This document shows positions 47,513 to 56,157 of a DNA stretch of 64,000 bases, in pieces. Source of the stretch: Gemmatimonadota bacterium (GTDB lineage: Bacteria > Gemmatimonadota > Gemmatimonadetes > Gemmatimonadales > GWC2-71-9). Location of the stretch: NCBI GenBank assembly GCA_039588295.1, contig JBDHAB010000015.1, positions 31,316-95,315 of the forward strand. The letters are read 5' to 3'. A program made the translations under genes and the position numbers. How positions within the stretch are numbered: position 1 is the first letter of the stretch; every line of letters begins with the position of its first letter. The notes under the pieces were generated by a model. That model made no database searches. It was not told the origin of the DNA and saw only the letters and a program-made list of their open reading frames with translations.

Positions 47513-48832
47513 CTACGGCTCGAGCTGCGCTGCTCGCTCGGTAGCGTACAGGCTGGAAATGCGCTGCGCCCGGAACACGTAGACGCCCTCAATCCCGGTC
47601 AACTCCCAGCCACCGACCGCAGTGAACGTGGTTGGCGTGTCGATGAACTGCACGATCAAGAGCGCCGTTCGGGCGGCGGGGTTGATGAGATAGCGAACGA
47701 ACCTGCTCGGGGCGCCGGTGCCATTGTCGAGCATCTGGATTTGACCGGGTGCGCTGAGCCGTACGCCGTGTTGTCGCTCGAATGAGCCCTTGGGATCGTT
47801 CAACAAGGTGAACTCGTTGCGGAGACCCCCAAAGCGCCACATGACGTTCCCAGTTGCCGTATTGACCTTGGTGACCTCGTTCAGGCTCCGAAACGACAGC
47901 AACAGATTCCCGTCGATATCGAGCGCGATCCCATTACCATGGGTGAAGTTGACATTCGGCCCCATCCGTTCGCCAGCCGCGAGGTCGGTGATGGCGAAGT
48001 GGTCGAAGCTGTTCCACTCGAACAGGACCTGACCGTCCACTCCGAGGTGCTGGACAACGGTTCCCATCACGCGGGCGGTGTCCACGCCCCCCAGACTCGA
48101 GAGATCCATGGTGCGGGTCTCGTCGCACAGCATCCACGCGCTGCCGTCGGCCAGCACGAGCAGGTCGTGAAACCGGGTCTCGTATGCGACGCAACTCAGC
48201 GTTCCGGTTTCTTCGCCGAGCTCGTCCAGCACGTGGAACTGGTTGACCGTGTCGCCGAGACCCAGCACGGTAAAGCGCCCGTCCGCGTGCGCCTGGAAGG
48301 AGTTGAGGACGCCGTTTGGGAAGAACCGGTACCACACGACCTTCCCCGTATTGTCAATGATCACTGGCCCATCGGGGTACGACAGGGTGAGGAACCCGGG
48401 GGTCGTGTCGCTGCCTTGAGGCACGGTGGCCGGAATCCAGTTCGGGAGGCTCCCGGAGACGAACTCCGAGGTGTCGACGGCGGCGATGACCGAGTCGCCC
48501 AGGATCAGGTTGGTCTCGATGAAGTAGGTCGCGACCGTGTCGAGCGCCAGGACGGGAACCACAACCTCGGTGCCGCCGTCGAAGGCGTATCTCGGTGAGC
48601 TGCGGGGAGCCTCACCGGCCCGCCAGTAGCGTACGAACGCACTGTCGTAGAGTAGCGCGTCGATTGCTGCTCGCGCGCTGATCGTGTTGTGTGGGTTGGG
48701 TTGGATCTCGACCCCGCGGAACTCGGGCCCCGGCGGGGTGAGACCATTGTCGCCGGCGCACGCGGCAGCCCAGCCGGCCGTTCCCGCCACGAGCGCAAGG
48801 CTCTGTATCAAGTATCTCACGGATATGGTCAC
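47513..48832 (-). CDS. Arylsulfotransferase (ASST)-like beta-propeller lipoprotein, copy 1, with a 30-aa internal deletion relative to copy 2
   Basis: Lipobox AAAC; NPHN.ISA, FHD, FEWNSFDH, NFTHGN, LLLSFRSL, WRFGG, F.RQHG. Confidence 0.75.
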   Translation of the reverse strand: MTISVRYLIQSLALVAGTAGWAAACAGDNGLTPPGPEFRGVEIQPNPHNTISARAAIDALLYDSAFVRYWRAGEAPRSSPRYAFDGGTEVVVPVLALDTVATYFIETNLILGDSVIAAVDTSEFVSGSLPNWIPATVPQGSDTTPGFLTLSYPDGPVIIDNTGKVVWYRFFPNGVLNSFQAHADGRFTVLGLGDTVNQFHVLDELGEETGTLSCVAYETRFHDLLVLADGSAWMLCDETRTMDLSSLGGVDTARVMGTVVQHLGVDGQVLFEWNSFDHFAITDLAAGERMGPNVNFTHGNGIALDIDGNLLLSFRSLNEVTKVNTATGNVMWRFGGLRNEFTLLNDPKGSFERQHGVRLSAPGQIQMLDNGTGAPSRFVRYLINPAARTALLIVQFIDTPTTFTAVGGWELTGIEGVYVFRAQRISSLYATERAAQLEP

Positions 48833-48860
48833 AGCCGAATCGTTCCCAGTTCTAGTTGCC

Positions 48861-50246
48861 TCATCGGTGTCCCTCCAGATTCCAGTGGTGAGGGTACAGT
48901 GAGCTGATACGCTGCACGCGGAAGACCCTTCGTGCCTCGAGTCCCGTCACCTCCCAAGCCCGGTTGCCCGATTCGTCGATCTCGACAACCCGACCCGCAC
49001 GGCCAAAGGCCATCCCAACGTGACCGTTGTGGTAGTACTGCGCGCTGCCACCGGTCGGTGACCACGTGTCCGGGGCGTCCACGAACTCCATGATGAGAGC
49101 AGCGGTTCGGGTGACCGGGTTCATCAGGTACCGCACGAACCGGCTCGGGGCCCCGTTCCGATTGTCAAAGACGAGCAGTTGGGCCGGCCCGGCCGTCCGG
49201 ATGCCGTGCTGGCGCTGGAAGCCTCCCCTAGGGTCATTCAGAATCGTGAACTCGTTGGCGCGCCCTCCGAACCGCCACATCACCTCGCCGGTGGTGACGT
49301 CGACCTTGGTGACCTCGTTGAGACTGCGGAAAGACAGCAGGAGGTTCCCGTCCGTGTCGAAGGCGACCGAGTTCCCATGCGTGAAATTCACATTGAGTCC
49401 AATGCGCTCCTCGCGCGGGAGAGCCGCGATGGCGAAGTGGTCGAACGCGTTCCACTCGAACAGGACCTCGCCGTCCGAGCTGAGGTGCTGGACCACGGTG
49501 GCCCCGACCCTGGCCGTATCGATCCCTCCGAGGCCGGAGAGGTCCATGGTGCGCCGCTCGTGGCACAGGAGCCACGCACTCCCGTCAGCCTCGACCAGGA
49601 CGTCGTGCTGCCGCGTTCTGTACCCCGCACACCTCAGCGAGTCGACCATCTCCCCTAGCTCGTTGAGCACGTAGAACTGGCGCGCGTTGTCGACGGTCGA
49701 GTGGATCGTGTACTGCCCACTCGGGTGCGCCTGGAAATTGAGGACGGTGCCCTCGGTGAAGGACCGGTACCAGACGACCTTTGCCGCGTTGTCGATGATC
49801 AGCGCGCCCCGACGCTGGGAGAAGGCGAGAAAGCCCGGCGTGGTGTCCGATCCGTGGGCCCCCAGTGCCGGAACCCAGTCGGGCAGGGTGCCGGTGCGGA
49901 ACTCGGTGGTATCCACTGCCACAGTGAGCGTGTCGCCGAGCACGAGGTTGGCCTCGACGATGTAGGTCGAAGCCGTGTCCAGGCCGAGGACGGGGACCAC
50001 AATCATGGTGTCGCCGCCGAACGCGTATGCCGGGGTCTGCCGCGGTTCTTCCCCGGCCATCCAGTATCGTGCGAAGGCGCCGTCATAGTGCCGGGCTCGT
50101 ACCACCACCCGTGCGCTGATGGAGTTGTGAGGATTCTCCAGCACGTCCACACCAAGGACGTGTGGATTCGGTGAACCAGGGCCGCAGGCTCCGGCGAGAG
50201 CCGCCAGCACGGCGGCAAGCTGTGATCTCGAGGTCGGGTATCTCAA
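48861..50246 (-). CDS. Arylsulfotransferase (ASST)-like beta-propeller lipoprotein, copy 2
   Basis: Probable TTG start at 50246; lipobox LAGAC; QHD, NFTHGNS, LLLSFRSL, FQRQHG, VFDN, GGSAQ...NG. Confidence 0.78.
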   Translation of the reverse strand: MRYPTSRSQLAAVLAALAGACGPGSPNPHVLGVDVLENPHNSISARVVVRARHYDGAFARYWMAGEEPRQTPAYAFGGDTMIVVPVLGLDTASTYIVEANLVLGDTLTVAVDTTEFRTGTLPDWVPALGAHGSDTTPGFLAFSQRRGALIIDNAAKVVWYRSFTEGTVLNFQAHPSGQYTIHSTVDNARQFYVLNELGEMVDSLRCAGYRTRQHDVLVEADGSAWLLCHERRTMDLSGLGGIDTARVGATVVQHLSSDGEVLFEWNAFDHFAIAALPREERIGLNVNFTHGNSVAFDTDGNLLLSFRSLNEVTKVDVTTGEVMWRFGGRANEFTILNDPRGGFQRQHGIRTAGPAQLLVFDNRNGAPSRFVRYLMNPVTRTAALIMEFVDAPDTWSPTGGSAQYYHNGHVGMAFGRAGRVVEIDESGNRAWEVTGLEARRVFRVQRISSLYPHHWNLEGHR

Positions 50247-50317
50247 GGCTCGATCCAGGTTGGTGTCGGGGTGTTTCTCCGTGCGACCGCGGGAGAGGCT
50301 GCTGCCCGGGACGCCCA

Positions 50318-51259
50318 TCACACGGCACGGCCCGGTTCCGCCGCTCGGCTTCCCAGCGGGGCTCGACCGGCGACGAGCCAGGTCAGGTACACCAATCCCA
50401 CCCAGACGGCGGCACCGAAGGCGGCATGGAGGGTCCGCCAGGCGGGGGCCAGGTACGTCAGCACCATGACGGCGCCGAGCGTCACCTGGGCCACGGCCAG
50501 GCCGAACACGATCCACCCGGCCCCCCGCAACCGCCTAGAGGCCGTCCGTCGCTGCAGACCCAGCGCCACCCCCAGGAGGTGGAAGAACAAGGCGTAGGCG
50601 AGCAGTCTGTGCGTCCAATGGATATGTGCCAGCCCACCTCCTCCGGAGGACGGCCAGATTTGGCCGTTACAGAGCGGAAATCCCTGACAGCCCGTCGCCG
50701 CGCCGGTGGTGGCTGTCATGCCCCCTAGCAGCACCACGAGGGCGGTCAGCGCAGCGGCGGCCAGGATCCCGCCCTTGCCGGTTCCCGGGGCTGCCGGTGG
50801 CGCATGCCGGCCCGAGAGTACGCCCGCTCGGAGTCCGAGTACGATGAGCGTGGCGAGGAGGGCGAGTCCCGTACCGAGATGCAATACTACCGTGTGCGGC
50901 GGGAGCTCGAGCTTGACGGTCACCGCGCCGAGCACCGACTGGAGGACGAGAAGCCCTAAGGCGAGGGCCGCCGGTCGGACCGTCCCCCCCGGTCCCGACG
51001 CGCCCGGTTCGGACCGAGTGCGCTGCGCCGAGACCAGAACGGCTATCGCGAGGGCGCTCAGGCCGAGCGCGGCGATCCGGTGGGCGTACTCGATGACGAC
51101 CTCGACGCTGTCGAAGCGCGGTATCAACTGCCCGTTGCATAGAGGCCAGTCGTCGCCGCATCCCATGCCGGAACCCGTGATCCGCACCACGAAGCCCAGT
51201 ACGATGATGGCGTACGCGAAACCGGCCGTAACGAAGGCGAGAAGTCGGAGGTTTTTCAT
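50318..51259 (-). CDS. ctaA: Heme A synthase (COX15 / CtaA family)
   Basis: VRITGSGMGCGDDWPLCNG, EYAHR, VLHLG, CQGFPLCNG, HWTHR, LHA; eight TM helices. Confidence 0.88.
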   Translation of the reverse strand: MKNLRLLAFVTAGFAYAIIVLGFVVRITGSGMGCGDDWPLCNGQLIPRFDSVEVVIEYAHRIAALGLSALAIAVLVSAQRTRSEPGASGPGGTVRPAALALGLLVLQSVLGAVTVKLELPPHTVVLHLGTGLALLATLIVLGLRAGVLSGRHAPPAAPGTGKGGILAAAALTALVVLLGGMTATTGAATGCQGFPLCNGQIWPSSGGGGLAHIHWTHRLLAYALFFHLLGVALGLQRRTASRRLRGAGWIVFGLAVAQVTLGAVMVLTYLAPAWRTLHAAFGAAVWVGLVYLTWLVAGRAPLGSRAAEPGRAV

Positions 51260-51312
51260 AGTGAGGAAAGCTACCCAGGTGCAAGCGAGAAGGAACAAGG
51301 GGGAAGAGACTC

Positions 51313-51347
51313 CTCTCCCTTCCCCCTTCTCCCTTCTCCCTTCTCCC
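51313..51347 (+). repeat. Tandem heptamer TTCTCCC-like x5 with a partly complementary purine tract at 51288-51309
   Basis: ctctccc ttccccc ttctccc ttctccc ttctccc, directly beyond the NhaC-family stop codon. Confidence 0.85.
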
Positions 51348-51349
51348 TT

Positions 51350-52777
51350 CTACAGCACCATGCCGAACACCAGAAACAGCGCCGTCGCCCCGGTCGCCGC
51401 GACTATGGCATACGGCATCTGGGTCCGCACGTGATCGATGTGGTCCGTGGCCGAGGCCATCGAGGCGACGATGGTGGTGTCGGAGATCGGCGAACAGTGG
51501 TCGCCGAAGATCCCGCCGCCCAGCGCGGCGCCCAGGGCGAGGCCGCCGTGGAGACCGAGCACCTCCACCATGGGGATTACGATGGGAATCATGATCGCGA
51601 AGGTCCCCCACGACGTCCCGGTCGAGAACGCGATGAAGCAGGCGAGGAGAAAGATGATCGCCGGCACCACCGCCGTCGGCAGCGTCGCCTGGGCCGCCTG
51701 CGCCACGAACACACCGGTTCCGAGGGCACGCGTCGTGGCGCCGATCGTGAAGGCGAGCGAGAGAACGATCACCAGCGGGATCAGGCCTTGGATCCCTTTG
51801 ATGATTTCCTGGGTGGATTCCTCGATGCTCAGGATACCTTGCAGCCGGTAGGAGACGACCGCGACGAGCACGCCCACGATGACGCCCCACAGCACCGCCT
51901 CCGAGCCGCTGCCGGCCGAGAGATCGCCATTGCCGGTGAGCCACAAGACGACGGGGACGGTACCCACCATGGTCCCGATGGGCAGCACCATGTTGATCGC
52001 ACGCCGAGGCGCACCGTCCTTGGCGCGCTCGCCAGATACCTCTTCCGCGATCATCGGCTTGGCGCCGTCCCGCAGCAGCTTGCCTTCCTCGGATACGCGG
52101 CGCTCGGCCTCGCGCATCGGGCCCACGTTCCAGCCGGTGATGATGACGCCGAGTGCCAACAGCAATGCGAGGACGCTGTAGAAGTTGAGGGGGACCGCCG
52201 CGATGAGGAGCGTTGCGGGGCGCTCAACGCCCTGTGCCACGAGGAGTGCGGCCACGTACGCGCCCCAGGCGTTGAGCGGTAACAGGCTGCCGATGAGAAT
52301 GCACTTGGGCGAGCAGGTGGCGTCGATGACATAGCTCAGCTTCTCGCGGGAGATGCGGAACTTGTCGTAGAGCGGGCGCGCGACCGAGCCCGAGACCAGA
52401 AGTCCGAAGTTGGACTCGAGGAAGACCGCCATGCTCACTCCGGCCGTCACGAGTCCCACGGAGCGCTTGGACCGGGCGAGCCCAAGGCGCTCGACACTGC
52501 CCACGAACCCCTCCATCCCACCCGATGCCTGCGTGAGCGTGATCATGGACCCGATCAGCATGGAGAAGATCAGCACCCGGGCGTTGTCTGAGTCCGTGAT
52601 GGCGGCGACGTAGGCATCGACCGACGCGACGAGCCCCGCCACCGGATCCCACCCGCTCATGATCATCCAGCCCAGAAACACGAACAGGGCGAGCGACAGG
52701 TAGACCTGCTTGGTCTTGATCGCCAGACCGATGGCCACGATGGGCGGAACGATGGACAGCCAGCCGTAGGATTCCAT
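51350..52777 (-). CDS. Na+/H+ antiporter NhaC family transporter (possibly an amino acid or other solute transporter)
   Basis: WLSIVPPIVAI, SREKLSYVID, FSTGTSWGTFAIM.PI, GGIFGDHCSPISDTT, HIDHVRTQMPY. Confidence 0.88.
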   Translation of the reverse strand: MESYGWLSIVPPIVAIGLAIKTKQVYLSLALFVFLGWMIMSGWDPVAGLVASVDAYVAAITDSDNARVLIFSMLIGSMITLTQASGGMEGFVGSVERLGLARSKRSVGLVTAGVSMAVFLESNFGLLVSGSVARPLYDKFRISREKLSYVIDATCSPKCILIGSLLPLNAWGAYVAALLVAQGVERPATLLIAAVPLNFYSVLALLLALGVIITGWNVGPMREAERRVSEEGKLLRDGAKPMIAEEVSGERAKDGAPRRAINMVLPIGTMVGTVPVVLWLTGNGDLSAGSGSEAVLWGVIVGVLVAVVSYRLQGILSIEESTQEIIKGIQGLIPLVIVLSLAFTIGATTRALGTGVFVAQAAQATLPTAVVPAIIFLLACFIAFSTGTSWGTFAIMIPIVIPMVEVLGLHGGLALGAALGGGIFGDHCSPISDTTIVASMASATDHIDHVRTQMPYAIVAATGATALFLVFGMVL

Positions 52778-52785
52778 GGATGCTC

Positions 52786-52813
52786 GGGATAAGGGATAGG
52801 GGATAAGGGATAT
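52786..52813 (+). repeat. Tandem heptamer GGGATA(A/G/T) x4 (TTATCCC on the minus strand)
   Basis: gggataa gggatag gggataa gggatat; ends 8 nt upstream of the NhaC-family ATG. Confidence 0.9.
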
Positions 52814-53157
52814 GGAGTGAGAGGTGCGGAAACAAGGCCATTTTTCGACGCTCGCATCCGTATCCCTCTCACACCTCCGTCGCTGGAGACCCAATCGGCT
52901 CCAACCCCTCCAAAGTCCAATCCCGACCTCCAAGCTCCCTTTTCGTCCCCGTCTAATGGAACCTTCATGCTCAGTTTTCTTGACGCTCTGGGTGCGGGCT
53001 GGCAAGTTATCGGCAACTCCCGAAACGCTCTCTCTGCGCCGACGTGGAGAGGAGAAGTGCCCGCCATGCTTACGCCTGCGCATAACGTCATCGAAGAGTC
53101 GTCCGGGGGCTCGCTTTCGTCATAATGGGATTCACTTCTTCTAGGGAGGATCACTAG

Positions 53158-55920
53158 ATGCGAATCATGTTTGGACTCAAGAGCTGGGTCGCGGCTGCCG
53201 CAATCGGGGTCGCCGCGGCGGGCCAGCTCTCCGCGCAGGGTGCGACTGCCACCCTCACGGGTCGTGTCACGGCATCCGACGGCATGGCCCTCACCAATGT
53301 CCAGGTGGTGGCCACGAGTCGAATTACCGGTAGCCAATTCGGTGCGCGCAGCGGGGAGGACGGGGTTTACACGATCACCGATCTCCGACCCGGTCCGTAC
53401 GCCGTCATTGCGCGGATGATCGGTTACGACGTTGGCCGCGACGACGACGTTCGGCTCGGTGCTGGAGAGTCGACGGAGTTGGACTTCATTCTGGGTGTGC
53501 AACCCATCGTGCTGGACGCGATGGAGGTCTTCGCCACGCGCGCCGTCGAGCGGAAGACACCGGTGGCGTACTCGAACGTGGACAAGGCGCAAATGGACCA
53601 GCAGCTCGGATCGCAGGACATCCCGCTGGTCCTCAACGTGACCCCCAGCGTGTACTCGACGGAGGGGGGCGGTGCGGCGGGTGATGCCCGGATCAACGTG
53701 CGCGGCTTCGACCAGCGCAACGTTGCGGTCATGATCAACGGCGTGCCCGTGAACGACATGGAGAACGGATGGGTGTACTGGTCGAACTGGGATGGTGTGG
53801 GTGACGCCACGTCGACCATCCAGCTCCAGCGAGGGCTCTCCGCCGTCAACCTGGCGACGCCGTCGATCGGTGGAACCCTGAACATCATCACCGACGCCAC
53901 CACGATGTCGGCGGGTGGGATGTTCAAACAGGAAGTTGGCACCGATGGGTTCCTCAAGAGCACGGCGATGCTGTCGTCGGGCCTGTTGGGTGACAAGTTC
54001 GCGTTCATGGCCCAGGGGGTGCGGAAGACGGGGAATGGGCTCGCACAGGGTATCTGGACCGATGCGTGGGCGTATTACGTTGGCGCGAGCTTCCGAGTCA
54101 ATCCCAGCAACCGTATCGATCTCTTTGCGCTCGGCGCGCCACAGCGCCACGGACAGCGCCTGTACAAGCAGAACATCGGGGCGATCGACTCTTCCTTCGC
54201 GAAGAGCCTCGCTGGCTACGATCCTGCTGCTCTACTCGACTACCCTCAGGCCGATTCCGGCTTCCGGTACAACGAGAACTGGAACACGGTTTCGCCGTCG
54301 TACACGGGACAGCAGGCGGCAGGCAGCAAACGGTTTGATCGTTATGACCCGAACTTCCTGAACGAGCGGGAGAACTTCTTCCACAAGCCCCAGGTCAGCC
54401 TGAACTGGTACTCGTCGCTCTCCGACATGCTGTCGCTCAGCACCGTGGCCTACTACTCCGGCGGGCGGGGTGGCGGCACGGGGGAGATAGACTATTTCTC
54501 CGGCTTCACCTGGGACTACAGCGGGCCCTCTCGCATCGCCGACTGGGACGCCATGGTCGCCGTCAACCGGGGCACCGTAGATCGGAGGGGAGATCCCAAG
54601 GCAGCCGGACGTTCGATGGGCATTCTGCGGAACAGCCGCAACAACCAGTGGACCATAGGTGGCATCTCAAAACTCTCGATCGATGTCTCTCAGCCGCTCA
54701 CCGTGGAGATCGGCGCAGACTGGCGCACCGCTTCGATCGATCACTACCGCGAGGTACGGGACCTGCTCGGCGGCGACTACTTCATCACCGAACCCGGTGA
54801 CGCCAGCGATTTCTGGTCGGCGCCTGACGACCAGCGTCGTCTCGGCGACAAGATCGATTACGACTTCACCAACACCGTCGATTGGCTGGGCGGGTACGTG
54901 CAGGGTGAGTACGCGACCAGCAAGTACACGGTCTACGGCATGGGCGGCTTGTCAACGATCAAGTACACCTATACGAACCACTTCGTCGATGATGGCACCG
55001 GCAGCCCGCTCTTCTCCGAACCTGACCGTATCATGGGCATGCAGCTGAAAGGCGGAGGCTTGGTGAACCTCACCGACGAGTTGGGGGTCTATGTCAACGC
55101 CGGATACGTCTCGAAGGTGCCGATCTTCGACGGTGTCCTCGACGACTTTTCCGGCGCGCTGAACCCCGACCCGCAGAACGAGAAGTTTCTGCATTTCGAG
55201 GGCGGGCTCGACTTCCGGGCACTCGACCGGACCATCTCGGTGAGCCTCAACGGGTACTACACGCAGTGGAAGGACCGGACCATTACGCGTGGGTTCGTGA
55301 CCGTAGCGGGAGACGAAGCGCTCATCAGTCTGCTGGGTCTGGACGCGCTTCACATGGGCCTCGAGGTTGAGGCGGCCTTCCGGGTCACCAATCTGCTCCG
55401 CCTGGATGTGTCTGCGGCCCTGTCCAACTGGAAGTACACGGACGACGTCTCGGGGACGTATCGGCCCGACGCCGGTGCTCCGGCCACCGTGCCGTACGAT
55501 TTCTACATCAAGGATCTCAAGGTTGGTGACGCGCCGCAGCTGCAGGCCTCGGCGGCGGTGTCGGTCTTCCCGATCGAGGGCCTCTTTGTTCAGGTGGTTG
55601 GGAGGGCGTACGGAAATCACTATGCCGGGTTCAATCCGCTCGACCGGGACGATCCGGCCGATCGGGCCCAGAGTTGGAAGGCGCCGGGCTACATGATTGT
55701 GGATGGGCACTTCGCCTTTTCACCTCCGGCGGCAATTCGTTTCCTCCAGCGCGTGACACTGTTCGCGCACGTTTACAACCTGCTGGACGAGACGTACATC
55801 CTGGACGCCACCGACAACTCGGCGTTCAACGGCTTCGACGACGACCATGATGCGGACGACGCCGAGGTCTACTTTGGGCTGCAGCGGCGCTTCAACGCGG
55901 GGCTGCAGGTGCACTTCTAA
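53158..55920 (+). CDS. TonB-dependent receptor
   Basis: Signal peptide, carboxypeptidase-regulatory-like domain, plug motif INVRGFDQRNVAVMINGVPVNDMENGWVYWSNW, QRGL..SIGGTLNI; C-terminus AGLQVHF. Confidence 0.93.
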   Translation: MRIMFGLKSWVAAAAIGVAAAGQLSAQGATATLTGRVTASDGMALTNVQVVATSRITGSQFGARSGEDGVYTITDLRPGPYAVIARMIGYDVGRDDDVRLGAGESTELDFILGVQPIVLDAMEVFATRAVERKTPVAYSNVDKAQMDQQLGSQDIPLVLNVTPSVYSTEGGGAAGDARINVRGFDQRNVAVMINGVPVNDMENGWVYWSNWDGVGDATSTIQLQRGLSAVNLATPSIGGTLNIITDATTMSAGGMFKQEVGTDGFLKSTAMLSSGLLGDKFAFMAQGVRKTGNGLAQGIWTDAWAYYVGASFRVNPSNRIDLFALGAPQRHGQRLYKQNIGAIDSSFAKSLAGYDPAALLDYPQADSGFRYNENWNTVSPSYTGQQAAGSKRFDRYDPNFLNERENFFHKPQVSLNWYSSLSDMLSLSTVAYYSGGRGGGTGEIDYFSGFTWDYSGPSRIADWDAMVAVNRGTVDRRGDPKAAGRSMGILRNSRNNQWTIGGISKLSIDVSQPLTVEIGADWRTASIDHYREVRDLLGGDYFITEPGDASDFWSAPDDQRRLGDKIDYDFTNTVDWLGGYVQGEYATSKYTVYGMGGLSTIKYTYTNHFVDDGTGSPLFSEPDRIMGMQLKGGGLVNLTDELGVYVNAGYVSKVPIFDGVLDDFSGALNPDPQNEKFLHFEGGLDFRALDRTISVSLNGYYTQWKDRTITRGFVTVAGDEALISLLGLDALHMGLEVEAAFRVTNLLRLDVSAALSNWKYTDDVSGTYRPDAGAPATVPYDFYIKDLKVGDAPQLQASAAVSVFPIEGLFVQVVGRAYGNHYAGFNPLDRDDPADRAQSWKAPGYMIVDGHFAFSPPAAIRFLQRVTLFAHVYNLLDETYILDATDNSAFNGFDDDHDADDAEVYFGLQRRFNAGLQVHF

Positions 55921-55952
55921 CGCCAACCGGTTCCGCAGCGGAGCCGAATTGC

Positions 55953-55985
55953 GGGCCCCGTCGCCAGTCGGCGACGGGGCCCTTT
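55953..55985 (+). terminator. Intrinsic terminator
   Basis: gggccccgtcgcc-agtc-ggcgacggggccc (13-bp stem) followed by ttt. Confidence 0.8.
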
Positions 55986-56157
55986 CGCTGCCTGAACCCC
56001 ATTTGGCGTGGCACGTTGAGCCGTGATATGGGGCATCTGGGACCCCCCCTACCGGTCCCGTAACCTCACTTGACCCACGCGCGCACGCGGGCGATTTTTC
56101 CCACCGAATTCGAGAAACCCTACTGTTTGTGTCCGCCTTCTCAAAGGAGAAGATCCC

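Noticed and set aside
52814..53157. Cobalamin or other riboswitch ahead of the TonB receptor or NhaC-family gene
   Set aside because: I could not find the B12-box or other conserved riboswitch cores by eye. An Infernal/Rfam scan would be needed to exclude one.
56137..56152. Hairpin cttctc-aaag-gagaag covering the SD of the Oar-like receptor
   Set aside because: Only 6 bp with no alternative structure evident; too weak to call a regulatory element.
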